From assembly GCA_963662545.2 (NCBI GenBank), contig CAXXLL010000003.1:2048001-2112000 (forward strand): a stretch of 64,000 nucleotides of DNA, in the 5' to 3' direction. A program made the position numbers and the translations under genes. Source of the stretch: Gammaproteobacteria bacterium. GTDB taxonomy: Bacteria > Pseudomonadota > Gammaproteobacteria > Ga0077536. How positions within the stretch are numbered: position 1 is the stretch's first letter; the number at the start of each line of letters is the position of its first letter. Of this stretch, positions 40,192 through 50,154 are shown piece by piece. The notes beneath the pieces were generated by a model. The model worked only from the letters and a program-made list of their open reading frames with translations, was not told where the DNA came from and did no database searches.

Positions 40192-42345
40192 TCAAGGGCG
40201 TTCGAAACACCCCCCATGCGCCGCATCCAGACATTTGCCATCGGCGCTTAACTTGGCGTTCCAACTATTACTGAAACCGGCCGCCGTCAGGGTGATCCGA
40301 AACGTGCGGGATTGCGGGTTCGAGCATTCCCAACGGCCGCTACCGCTGACTGTCGAGTGATAGTCGATGGCGCCGCCTTCCTTCATGTTTAAAGTATCGG
40401 TACCGAACAAGCGTTTATAGACCCAGCGTCCCAGAACTTCGTAGCACACCTTATGCAGTAGACGTTCGGCATCCCTAAGTCCGCCGGAGGCCGTTTGATC
40501 GGCCGGATAGAGGCTGAGCGCCGCCTGGAAATCGCGCACAGCGGTTTCCTTGTCGCGCTCGGATACCGCTGCCACCGCACTCGCGAGGTGTTTCTCGAAA
40601 CGCGCGCGTTTCTCCTGTTCGGCACGCGCCGCCGCTTCGGTTTGCAATCGCAGGCGTTCGAGTTCGGCTAGGCGCGTTTCCTCGCGCTGGCGTTGCTCTT
40701 CAGCCAGCCGACGCTCCTCTTCCGCCCTGCGCGAGCGCTCGGCTTCGAGCGTCTGGCGTTCGCCTTCTTTGCGCTCGATCTCCAACTGCGCCTGGCGCTG
40801 CTTTTCGGCTTCAGCACGCGCCGTTGCCTCCTCCGCGGCAATTCGCTCCGCCTCCGCTTCGGCATCTTTGAGACGTACACGTAGCAATCGAAGTTCGGTC
40901 GAATCGGGATCGACCACGGCCGCGCGCAGGAGGGCGCCGTCCGCCTCATCGAAACGTTTATCGACGGTCAATGCCTTCGCCTGATCGAGGAAATGAACGA
41001 GCAGGCGGTGCTTTCCCCTAAGCGCTTCCTCGTGATCCGGTACGCGAGCCAACAACTCGGTAAAACGCTCGAGCGCATTCTCGCCGGGTGGTTCGAGCAA
41101 CTGCCTGGCTTGCTCGAATGCCTCGGCCTGCGCGAGCAATGCTTGCTCCTCGGCAGCTTGCTGGGCGAGGATTTCCCCCCGGGCTCGTTGCAGTTCAGAT
41201 GTGCGTTTCGCCAGTGCGTCGTCCGCTTCGAACGGTGAGGTCCAGGGGATTGTCGAGCTCATCCGTTCGAAAACGCCGTGCCAATCGGGTATGGAATCCG
41301 TGACACCAATCGTTATCGTGATGGCGGCGAGGAGAACCGCGGCACATAAGGCAAGCAATGTCCGCCGCGACACCTTCCCCGAGGACCCTTTCCGCATTGT
41401 CGTTTGCACGGAACCGATGAGGTCTTGGGGCACTTCGAATTCCGACAACCAATCCGCCAAGGTCTGCGGCCGGTCTTGCGGTTTGAACGCGAGTGCGCGG
41501 TCGATCGCTTTCAGGAATCGCTTGGAATATCGTTTCCTGCCGATCTCCGTTGCACTAACGAAATGTTCCTTGGACCTCTCGACGATCGATTTGCTGCGAT
41601 CGATCGCGTCGATCGGGGTGGCGCCACTGATCGCGCGGTAAAGCGTGGCGCCCAGCCCGTAGATGTCGGTCCACGGGCCTTGCTCGTCGCTCTTCGAATA
41701 ATATTGCTCGAACGGCGCGTAGCCCGGCGTGACCAGACTCGTCAGGGTCGCGCCGTGCCTGCCCAGCGACTGCCGCGCCGAGCCGAAATCCAATAGAACA
41801 GGGCTATGGTCCCGCCGAATGAAGATGTTCGCCGGTTTGATATCGCGGTGGATGAAGCCGGCTTCATGGACGAGCGCCAGCCCGCCGAGTATGGGGATCA
41901 GGATTTGGAATAATTCTGCTTCTTCGAGGGTCTTGCGCCGGGTCAAGACGGCCTGCAGGCTCTCGCCCTCCTCGTAGCGCATCACCATGTAGGCCGTATT
42001 GTTGGCCTCGAATACCGCAAAAACGTGCACGACGTTCGGATGATTGAACTGCGCCAGCGTCTGCGCCTCGACGATGAATTTTTCGAGTCCCTGCACGAAT
42101 CCCGAGCTCCTGTCTTCGGATATCGGATGCACGGAGTCGTCGCCCTCGCGGACCGCGAGTTCGATGGGGAGATATTCCTTGATCGCCACCTGCTGCTGCA
42201 GGTTCGTATCCAGCGCGAGATATGTGATTCCGAAGCCGCCCTGGCCCAGAATCTCAATGATCTCGTACCAATGTACCCGGTGCCCCGGCTTGAGTGAATT
42301 GCGGTGAACTTTCGCCACTGCGGCAGGATTCCGGATTGTTGACAA
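40192..42345 (-). CDS. Hanks-type Ser/Thr protein kinase with TM and coiled coil
   Basis: LGQGGFGITY, VAIKEY, IHRDIKPAN, DFG, TPGYAPFEQ, DIYGLG; TM near residue 330; E/R/A coil. Confidence 0.92.
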   Translation of the reverse strand: MSTIRNPAAVAKVHRNSLKPGHRVHWYEIIEILGQGGFGITYLALDTNLQQQVAIKEYLPIELAVREGDDSVHPISEDRSSGFVQGLEKFIVEAQTLAQFNHPNVVHVFAVFEANNTAYMVMRYEEGESLQAVLTRRKTLEEAELFQILIPILGGLALVHEAGFIHRDIKPANIFIRRDHSPVLLDFGSARQSLGRHGATLTSLVTPGYAPFEQYYSKSDEQGPWTDIYGLGATLYRAISGATPIDAIDRSKSIVERSKEHFVSATEIGRKRYSKRFLKAIDRALAFKPQDRPQTLADWLSEFEVPQDLIGSVQTTMRKGSSGKVSRRTLLALCAAVLLAAITITIGVTDSIPDWHGVFERMSSTIPWTSPFEADDALAKRTSELQRARGEILAQQAAEEQALLAQAEAFEQARQLLEPPGENALERFTELLARVPDHEEALRGKHRLLVHFLDQAKALTVDKRFDEADGALLRAAVVDPDSTELRLLRVRLKDAEAEAERIAAEEATARAEAEKQRQAQLEIERKEGERQTLEAERSRRAEEERRLAEEQRQREETRLAELERLRLQTEAAARAEQEKRARFEKHLASAVAAVSERDKETAVRDFQAALSLYPADQTASGGLRDAERLLHKVCYEVLGRWVYKRLFGTDTLNMKEGGAIDYHSTVSGSGRWECSNPQSRTFRITLTAAGFSNSWNAKLSADGKCLDAAHGGCFERP

Positions 42346-42431
42346 GCCCGGGTGATAAATTCGCCGAAGAGTCTACTCCTGACATTCCGGCGATGGAAAG
42401 CACTACCGGATGCGAGTGGCATAATTAGCAG

Positions 42432-43166
42432 ATGACCTGGCCCGCCATATTGTTGATCTTGTCGACCGCCGCATTCCTATGCATCGAAAGGATTTCTCCG
42501 GGTAGGGAGTTACCGCACGTTCCAGGCTGGTACTTTCGTGCGCTGCTGATCAACGTCGTTCAATTGACCATCACACTGAGTCTCGCGCGTATCTGGATAG
42601 ACATCTTTCAAGCCGGATCAATTTTCTCCTTGGCTTCCTGGGACATCCCCTTCCTCGAAGGTTTCTTCGGATGGTTCGTGGGGACCTTGATTTTTTATTG
42701 GTGGCACCGCCTACGCCACGTGAAGGGATTTTGGCGTGTGTTTCATCAAATCCACCATTCGCCGTCACGTATAGAGGTGTTGACCAGTTTCTACAAGCAT
42801 CCCGTCGAGATCCTCACGAACTCATTTCTGAGCGCGTTCATTCTCTTCCCCGTGTTGGGCTGCTCCATGCTCGGAACGTACTGGTACAACTTCTTCGCCG
42901 CGACGGGCGAGTATTTCTATCACGCCAATTTCAGGTCGCCGAAGCTTCTACGCTACTTCATCCAGACGCCCGAGCTGCATTCGATACACCACCAGTTGGA
43001 CGTTCACGATTACAATTATTCCGACCTGCCAATTTGGGACCGGATCTTTGGAACGTACAAAGACACGACCGAATTCATGCCTGCATGCGGTTTCCCGGGC
43101 GATAACGAAGAACACCTGGTGGAAATGATCGCTTTCAAGGACGTTTATGAAATCAGCCGATCATAA
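42432..43166 (+). CDS. Sterol desaturase / fatty acid hydroxylase family
   Basis: His boxes YWWHRLRH, HQIHHS, HSIHH; WDRIFGT. Confidence 0.9.
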   Translation: MTWPAILLILSTAAFLCIERISPGRELPHVPGWYFRALLINVVQLTITLSLARIWIDIFQAGSIFSLASWDIPFLEGFFGWFVGTLIFYWWHRLRHVKGFWRVFHQIHHSPSRIEVLTSFYKHPVEILTNSFLSAFILFPVLGCSMLGTYWYNFFAATGEYFYHANFRSPKLLRYFIQTPELHSIHHQLDVHDYNYSDLPIWDRIFGTYKDTTEFMPACGFPGDNEEHLVEMIAFKDVYEISRS

Positions 43167-43217
43167 GGTAGTGATTCATCCTGTTACACCCATTCCGGCC
43201 TTCGGCCGATTGCGGTT

Positions 43218-43439
43218 ATGAGCCCTGAAGCACTTCTATGGAATCTCACCGGGGCCGTGCTCATTGGCGGCGGCGTCGCCCTTCAGTTCGCGAATAATTT
43301 CAGTGACCGGTTGTCGGAAGCAATACGTAGCAGGCTGGTATTGGCATTGCTGAATTCAAGGGTATTCCAACTTTTCGGCGGTCTCGCGTTGATCGCCCTT
43401 GGGATTCTTGCGCTTTCTCAAGGAAAGGCTGTCGGTTGA
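43218..43439 (+). CDS. Small 2-TM hypothetical protein
   Basis: Two hydrophobic segments; fills the gap between same-strand genes. Confidence 0.5.
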   Translation: MSPEALLWNLTGAVLIGGGVALQFANNFSDRLSEAIRSRLVLALLNSRVFQLFGGLALIALGILALSQGKAVG

Positions 43440-43546
43440 GATGCCGATTTGAATAGTTGAACATTTCGTTCGCCCGCCGTTCGTTGTCACCGCGAACGAA
43501 CGGTGATAGCTTCGCTCACCAGATCCGACTAAAAGGAGGAGCACCC

Positions 43547-44107
43547 ATGGCACGACTGAGCGCCGTTCCCTTCGAGCAGGTCCCCAAAGACCTGCAGGCC
43601 GTCATGCGTCAGTACGACGAAGAACTGGGTGGTTCCGGCTTCGTTCAGGTGCTGGCCAACGCGCCCGACGTGTTTCGTAAGTTCATCGATTTTTATTTTC
43701 CGCTCGCACTCGAAACCCGCGGCGCCGTTACCACGAAGATCACCGAACTCGCGCGCTTGATGGTCGCGCAAAAGAACGAATGTAATCTCTGAATGAACGC
43801 CCGCCTTGCAGTTGCACGGCAGGAAGGACTGACAGAAGAAGAAATCGCTGAGATTCCGAACTACGAATCGAGTGAACTACTCTCTCCGCGCGAAAAAGCC
43901 GCCATCCATTTCGCGGAAGTACTCGCCGGGGATCACCGTCGGGCGTCGGACGCCCTGTTCGACGAGCTGAGAGAGCATTTCACCGAACCGGAGATCCTCG
44001 ATCTCGGCTGGCGTATCGTGACTTTTATCGGATACGGTCGCTTGATCTACGCCCTTGGGCTCGAGATCGGGCAGACCTGTCCGCTACCCCACGCCGCCGC
44101 ATCGTAA
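43547..44107 (+). CDS. AhpD/carboxymuconolactone decarboxylase-like selenoprotein (CxxU)
   Basis: AGGAGGA RBS; ELARLMVAQKNEC-N-L-UGA(43790)-MNAR continues in frame; hairpin at 43803-43820. Confidence 0.82.
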
Positions 44108-44162
44108 TCCTCTCTAATCCGGACGAAAGCAGGCGTGAGTCTGCTTTCGTCTTTTGCGGCTG

Positions 44163-45581
44163 CTAGGGTCGGTTCTGGGGACCGAGCGGCACGATCTTGT
44201 TGCCGGTGCGTCCGAAATACCCCTTGCGGCAATGTTCCAGGTTGCTGGCTTCGGCGACGCCTGGAATGAAGAGCATGTCTTCGAGCCAGCGTTTGAGCGA
44301 CGGTATGTCGCGCACCATGCGTTCGTTGAGATTGAAGCGCGTGTAATAAACCGCGTCGAAGCGGAATATCGTCGGGAATAGCCGTACATCGGCTTCAGTT
44401 ACCGAATCCCCGAGGAGAAACCGCCGGCCTCTGAGCATGTGATCGAGGGTCTCCAAAGCGTCGAAGAACGTTCGGTACGCCGCTTCGTAGGCGGCCTGGC
44501 TGTCCGTGAATCCCGCCTTATAGGCGCCGTTATTGATGGCGTGGTAGGTGAAGGTGTTGACGCCGTCGATCTGCGCCTGCAGATGCGCGGGATAGAGCGG
44601 TGGAGCGCCGTTGGAGAAACCGTCGAACGCATCGTCGAACATGCGGATGATTTCGGCTGACTCGTTACTGACGATAGTCTCCGTTTTGCGGTCCCATAAG
44701 ATGGGCACCGAGGATTCCGCCGAGCCCACACGATCGTAGAGTTCGCGAATGTGGTGATACCCGAAAAGCGTGTCAAGGGTGCATCCGGATTCCTCGGGGC
44801 GGAATTGCCAGCCACGATCCGCATCCCGGCGATAGAAAAGAACGTCCATTGAAATGACGTCTTCGAGTCCTTTCAATTTGCGCGTCAATACGGCGCGATG
44901 ACACCACGGACAATTGTTCGCAACATACAGATGGTAACGACCGCGCTCGGCCGGAAAGTCCGAACTGCCGTCGGCGGTGATACGGTGGCGGTGGCGGCTG
45001 ATCTTGCGCACCCATTCCCCGTCCACCCGGCGCTTGTTCTGATCTTCCTCGACGTCGGATTCCCCGTCGTGCGATGCGAATCGAATGGCACGATCGTGTC
45101 GTGCATCCAGTTCGATCGAACCCAGCGGGACTTTCTGAGTCGGGTTAATGAGCTCGCTCTCGAGGTAGAAACTTCGCTTCAAGGACTCTAAGTCGATCGC
45201 GTCGCGAAACCCGCGGTCGCTGAAGACATCCCGTGTGTAGTGAGCCAGATTGGAAAATTCTTCAAGGCGCTGGCGATTGAGCTTGTATAGGCCGTAGAAC
45301 ACCGATTCGTACAACCACAGCAAGACGGCCAGCCATTGGTCCGTAGCACTCGGCGCCTCGCCACCGAGAAGAAACCGCCGCTTATCGAGTTCGATATCGA
45401 TGTCATCGAGGGCGGCGTAAAACCGTTCGTAGTTGGCGGCATAAATGCCGGGGTCATCCGTCAATCCGGCTGACCGCGCCGCCTGGTAGATCTCGAAATC
45501 CAGTCGTGAACGCCAGGGATCATCCACCGCTTTCGGCGGAATTGAATGCAGGTCAAAAGGCTTGATCCATTCGGCAGGCAT
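44163..45581 (-). CDS. Glutathionyl-hydroquinone reductase (YqjG/Xi-class GST) with an extra N-terminal helical domain
   Basis: RYHLYVANNCPWCHR, VPILWD, NESAEIIRMF, INNGAYKAGF, ADVRLFPTIFRFDAVY; start uncertain. Confidence 0.88.
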   Translation of the reverse strand: MPAEWIKPFDLHSIPPKAVDDPWRSRLDFEIYQAARSAGLTDDPGIYAANYERFYAALDDIDIELDKRRFLLGGEAPSATDQWLAVLLWLYESVFYGLYKLNRQRLEEFSNLAHYTRDVFSDRGFRDAIDLESLKRSFYLESELINPTQKVPLGSIELDARHDRAIRFASHDGESDVEEDQNKRRVDGEWVRKISRHRHRITADGSSDFPAERGRYHLYVANNCPWCHRAVLTRKLKGLEDVISMDVLFYRRDADRGWQFRPEESGCTLDTLFGYHHIRELYDRVGSAESSVPILWDRKTETIVSNESAEIIRMFDDAFDGFSNGAPPLYPAHLQAQIDGVNTFTYHAINNGAYKAGFTDSQAAYEAAYRTFFDALETLDHMLRGRRFLLGDSVTEADVRLFPTIFRFDAVYYTRFNLNERMVRDIPSLKRWLEDMLFIPGVAEASNLEHCRKGYFGRTGNKIVPLGPQNRP

Positions 45582-45825
45582 GACGCGCCGAGTGTAGCCG
45601 GCATTGAGTAAGGGAAAAAGCTTTGCACGGTCGCTACGCGGCCGGCGTTTGAAGAAGCCGAATGGCGTCTCATATTGCATGGATATTCCGGCCGCATTGG
45701 CCGGCCTCACCGCGTTTTTTCAGTATCATGGCAAGGAGGAGATCAGAAACGGCACGCGATCGCAGCGGTTGAACGGGTGTTTCGGATGGCAGGACGTTTT
45801 ATAGCCTAAGCTGGAAAGCTCACTG

Positions 45826-45882
45826 GCCCGCAAGCGGGCTCCTAGGCGGACAGAACCCTAGGGGCCTTATTGCCGGCGAGCC
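45826..45882. repeat. Degenerate REP-like pair
   Basis: GCCCGCAAGCGGGCTCCTA is shared with the element at 56882. Confidence 0.5.
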
Positions 45883-45917
45883 GAATCCGCCGCGGAACGC
45901 AAAAATAGCTAATCCGA

Positions 45918-46751
45918 ATGAAAGACGTTCGAATGGGCCATGCCCGTACGAAAGAAATCGCGACGCTTCTTCTAGAGGCGAAAGCGCACGGTCGAATGAT
46001 CGAACGTCCCGGGAGCGGCCTCGATCGATTCGAACTCAATGACGGCTATACGGTGTATGCTGAAGTCGATGCCCGCTTGCGCCAGGAAGGCTTTGTACCC
46101 GCAGGACGCAAGCTCGGCTTCACCAATGAAGCGACCTGGCGGGAATTCGATCTGGCGACCCCGATCTGGGCCTACGTCTACGACCGGACCTTGAATTTTG
46201 CCGACGTGCGAGTGTTAGAAATCGCTGTCAGCGGCCTCGTGGCGCCTCGGATCGAGCCCGAGGTGGTCTTGAAGCTCAAAGCAATACCCGATGTCAGCGA
46301 CGACACCGCGGGGATGGTCGACGCCATCGAGTGGGTTGCGATTGGATTCGAAATCGTCGACTGTCATTTCGCCGATTGGCAGTTCACGGCCGCCGAGATT
46401 GTCGCGGATTTCGGCGCGCATTCGCGCCTGATCGTGGGCGAGCCGCTCAAGGTCGACGAGCGCTCGAGACCTGCGCTGACGCGCACGCTCGAGGAGTTGA
46501 CGGTGGCATTGCGGTGCGATTCCACCCTTATCGATAGGGGCGTCGGAAGCAACGCCCTCGGGGGACCCCTCAACACGCTAGGGTTCCTCATGGACGCGCT
46601 CGATGCACAGGATTGGGCGGAAGATCTCCGGACGGGGGAGGTCATCACGACCGGTACCCTGACGGGGATTCCCTACATACATCCGGGCGAATGTTGGACC
46701 GTTGAAGTAACGGGCATGGATCTCAATCCGTTGTCGATCCAGCTCATGTGA
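45918..46751 (+). CDS. 2-keto-4-pentenoate hydratase / FAA hydrolase family
   Basis: GRKLGFTN, PRIEPEV, GFEIVD, GEVITTGTLT. Confidence 0.88.
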   Translation: MKDVRMGHARTKEIATLLLEAKAHGRMIERPGSGLDRFELNDGYTVYAEVDARLRQEGFVPAGRKLGFTNEATWREFDLATPIWAYVYDRTLNFADVRVLEIAVSGLVAPRIEPEVVLKLKAIPDVSDDTAGMVDAIEWVAIGFEIVDCHFADWQFTAAEIVADFGAHSRLIVGEPLKVDERSRPALTRTLEELTVALRCDSTLIDRGVGSNALGGPLNTLGFLMDALDAQDWAEDLRTGEVITTGTLTGIPYIHPGECWTVEVTGMDLNPLSIQLM

Positions 46752-46782
46752 AAAACACGCCGGCTGAACGGCTAACCGATGT

Positions 46783-47055
46783 CTAGAACCCATCTCAAAA
46801 TTATTCGGGCCCACGTTGGCGGCCCATTTCGTACAATTCAAGGCGCGAGAAGCGTGGCAAAGCATTACTCAATGAGCGACGAGCAACGCGGAGATGTGCG
46901 AAATGGGCCACCAGCCCTTCGGCTTACCCTCTGAAAACCGCGTTTGCTGCGTTGCAGCGCTTGAACATGGAACCACCATGCCCTTCGCGCAGCGCCTTGC
47001 AACCCCGATTTTCAGGGGGCAACGTGGGTCCGAATAATTTTGAGATGGATTCTAG
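46783..47055. mobile_element. MITE-like non-autonomous element
   Basis: 36-bp terminal inverted repeats with 2 mismatches (CTAGAAYCCATCTCAAAATTATTCGGRCCCACGTTG), CTAG at both ends, no transposase. Confidence 0.78.
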
Positions 47056-47111
47056 TAATTTTTTGGAAAAACGCCATACACGGGCATTGGAGTAAGTAAG
47101 GAGGTGCAGCG

Positions 47112-47498
47112 ATGCAGGACGATGACAAGCTCAGACATTTGAAAACGGCGCTCTACGTATTCGGCGTGGTCTTCGTCGTTGGCGTGCCCGCGATGATGAT
47201 GTGGATCTGGCCCGACGGATGGGCATGGACGCCGCGCCAACCCGAATACGAACAGATGATCATGGGCGTCTACATGACACTCGGCGTATTCTTGATCCTC
47301 GCGGCCAAAGATCCGCTGGCCAATCGCAGTCTGATCGGGTTCACGGTGTGGTCGAGCATCGTCCACGGCGGCATCATGCTGGTGCAGGCGATCGCCGATG
47401 AAACCGAACGCGCGAACCTGCTCGGGGATATACCCGCACTGTTTCTGGTCGCGTTCGTGTTCTGGTTCCTGATGCCCGCGCGCGCTGCCGAGACTTGA
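47112..47498 (+). CDS. 4-TM membrane protein (DUF6632-like)
   Basis: WPDGWAW, YEQMIMGVY, FTVWSSIVHG; GGAGG RBS. Confidence 0.72.
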   Translation: MQDDDKLRHLKTALYVFGVVFVVGVPAMMMWIWPDGWAWTPRQPEYEQMIMGVYMTLGVFLILAAKDPLANRSLIGFTVWSSIVHGGIMLVQAIADETERANLLGDIPALFLVAFVFWFLMPARAAET

Positions 47499-47537
47499 TT
47501 TGCGGTCGGATTGTCCCGCTTCGCGACCCCGCCCGGT

Positions 47538-48632
47538 TCAATGATCCAGGCTGTTTTTCGCTGAAGGAAAAGCGTTGACCCCGAGGGCATCGCGAAAGGC
47601 CTCGGATCCCTTTATGAACATCGGATCCGTCGGAATGCCAATCCCATTCGCAATGAGATCGTTCTTAGTGAAATTCCCCGCAATGATCGAGGCGCCGGCG
47701 ACGCTGCTGGGTCCCAATCGCACCGCCAATGAATCGCGCGCCCGCGCCAGGACATCGGGGTCATGACCCAGGACCGCGTTTGCAAAATTCAACAGGGCAT
47801 CGCCGCCATCGACGCCGATATCGAGAACCGTGTCCATCAGTGCTTGAACGTCGAAGGTTTTATTGATCGCGCGACCCGTCTCACGGAGGGTCATGGCATG
47901 CGCGACCGTTCAGTAGAAGCATTCATTGATCGCCGATACGCGCCCCGCGACGACCTCGACCTGCGGCCGAGTCAATCCCTCATGATGCTGATATTCGTAG
48001 TCACCGAAACGATCGAGCGGGAGATACTGCACCTGCTCGAGTTCCACATGAGCGGGGGTTTTCGCCGGAACCAGGCTCAAGGCGCGAATGATGAAAGGCA
48101 TCATAGCGTCTCCGTACAGTGCCTTGGCTTCCTCGCCGCCGCGGCGCCCGGCCGGTACCGTCGGCGCCCAGGCTCCTTCGCGCATGGCGCTCGAGGGTCA
48201 CTCCCTCGACGGTTCGCCGTCTCTCGGCTCGGGGAGCACGCGCATCGGCACACCGAGACCGCGCACCATCACATCGAAGTTGGTCAGGCGCGAAATCAGT
48301 CCGACGGTCTCGACGTATTCGGCATCCGTCAGGCCCTCGCGTAATACCGATTCGTAGAAAGAGCTTTCCATTGACTGCGGGTCGACGGCGAGCTGCCTCG
48401 CGACGCGGCACGCCGGGGGCGGTAGTTCGACCCCAGTCAAATCCCGGGGTCGGTAGCCGTTTGATTCCTGCAAGCCGGCTTCACAGCGTGCGTGGCGCGC
48501 TTCCTCGGCGATCGCGATGCGCTGGGAACCGCTCCACCAGGTACCCGGATCTCCTAGTCCATCGATCTGTCGGTCGTGTATCGCATCCAGATCCGAGCGT
48601 ATCTCGTAAGCGGAATCCGCATACAGGCTCAT
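47538..48632 (-). CDS. Alkylhydroperoxidase-related selenoprotein (CFYU) with a second in-frame UGA at 48198-48200
   Basis: Three ORF-track pieces are in one frame: ...GEPSRE*PSSAMREGAW...LTRPQVEVVAGRVSAINECFY*TVAHAMTL. Confidence 0.72.
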
Positions 48633-48762
48633 AGGGACACATCCTCGCATGACCGCGCGTCGCATCAAGATTTTAAGACTGCAGAAATTAGCAGGGGACG
48701 CCGGTGCACGGCAGTTTGCCGCGCACGTTCTATGAGATCAACGACAGGAGTGCGTGTGTCGC

Positions 48763-49455
48763 TCAGGCGGTTTTTAGATAGGTGCCGAAAAGCTCGTTGA
48801 ATTCTTCGGGGTCGACTTCGCAATCCTCGACGGTCACGGTCAGATTTTTTTCGACGAACTGCGTCTGATATTCGTAGGCGATGTGAATGGTGGACAGTGG
48901 CACCGACGCGAGACGCAAATCGCAGACACTCAGGCCGCTGATACCGTTTTTGACCTCGACCATGTCCAATACCACGACCGGGATCAGGTTGCTATCGAGC
49001 ATCAACTTGTAGGCGCGGTAGACACTGCCCTCGAAGCCCATCAACGTATCGCCGTACTGGTTGCGTGAGTGGGCCAGAAGATTGGTGCGCGTCGCTGACA
49101 AATCGCCTTCAATGTGACAATGGTCGATGCCGAGGACGGAGAGGCTTTCCCAATCTCGGTCGTCGAGGCTGCACAGCGCCCCGATCGCGCCCGACTCGAG
49201 ACAGGGCGCGACCTGCTCGGGCGTGACGCCCTGGGCGAAGCCGTGGTCCTTCAGGATCATCTTGTCTTTTTCGAACAAGATGTTGCCGAGCAGCACGTTC
49301 GACGCCGACACGTGCAGGATCAGCAGGTCGCCGAGCCCGTGGGCAAAAAAGTTTTTCAGCAGCTCTCTCGAGACCATCGGTAGTAGGGGCCGTCCCGCAC
49401 CGCTTAGGAGTACAGGATCGTTAGCGGCCACGGCCGGCGATATCTTTAGCCGCAT
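48763..49455 (-). CDS. Hypothetical protein (230 aa)
   Basis: Long ORF with genome-typical codon usage and acidic C-terminus; no family recognised. Confidence 0.65.
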   Translation of the reverse strand: MRLKISPAVAANDPVLLSGAGRPLLPMVSRELLKNFFAHGLGDLLILHVSASNVLLGNILFEKDKMILKDHGFAQGVTPEQVAPCLESGAIGALCSLDDRDWESLSVLGIDHCHIEGDLSATRTNLLAHSRNQYGDTLMGFEGSVYRAYKLMLDSNLIPVVVLDMVEVKNGISGLSVCDLRLASVPLSTIHIAYEYQTQFVEKNLTVTVEDCEVDPEEFNELFGTYLKTA

Positions 49456-49550
49456 TACGAATGATAGGACGCTTTATCGTTTGAAACGGTCCACGTCATT
49501 CGCCGCCAATCGGGCCATTTGAATGCTGTGCTGTCATTCACATCAGGTAT

Positions 49551-49964
49551 TTAAATTTCGGGGTCCTTCTCGAACGCCTTCAATCCGGTGACGCTTTCGA
49601 GCCAATGCAGGCTTCTTGGTGTCCAGCATTGCACATTCGGGGTCACCCGGGAGGGATCATCCAGCGTGCCGGCGGCTACGAAGACGTGACCGGGATATCC
49701 CGTCGTAGTTTCGGATATGTGAGTTCCGCAGATACCACAAAACGCTCGAGTCATCATGTTTCCGGCATCGGTTCCCTTATCGAAGGATTTCAATTCACCG
49801 GTCATTTCGACGTCGCTTTGGAGGTAGAACATCGTCGTCAAGAATGCGCTGCCCGAACGCTTCTGGCAATCGAGGCAGTGACAAACCACCGTCGCCGCAG
49901 GTTCGGTTTTGCAGGAGTAGCGCACGGCCCCGCACATGCAGCCGCCGTTCAACGCATCAGCCAT
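49551..49964 (-). CDS. GFA/CENP-V family Zn protein
   Basis: GGCMCGAVRY, CHCLDCQK, RAFCGICG, AGTLDDP. Confidence 0.92.
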   Translation of the reverse strand: MADALNGGCMCGAVRYSCKTEPAATVVCHCLDCQKRSGSAFLTTMFYLQSDVEMTGELKSFDKGTDAGNMMTRAFCGICGTHISETTTGYPGHVFVAAGTLDDPSRVTPNVQCWTPRSLHWLESVTGLKAFEKDPEI

Positions 49965-50154
49965 GGCATTGCCCTCTCTTTTTGTCCGATCATGGCGCGA
50001 CATCGCTCCGCGCCATCTCGAAATATCGGTTAGACACGCTCCAATATTATCTTTTGTAGCGGCTGAGATTGCGTTGAGTCAATCGACGAGGTCGAGTGAT
50101 CCGCGCAGATGCGATATGGTGCGCGGCTGACGCCGGCCTTGCCGGCGGGACTGG

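Noticed and set aside
40550-41000. Repetitive-looking DNA as a tandem repeat or CRISPR
   Set aside because: It encodes the kinase's E/R/A coiled coil; there are no identical repeats with unique spacers
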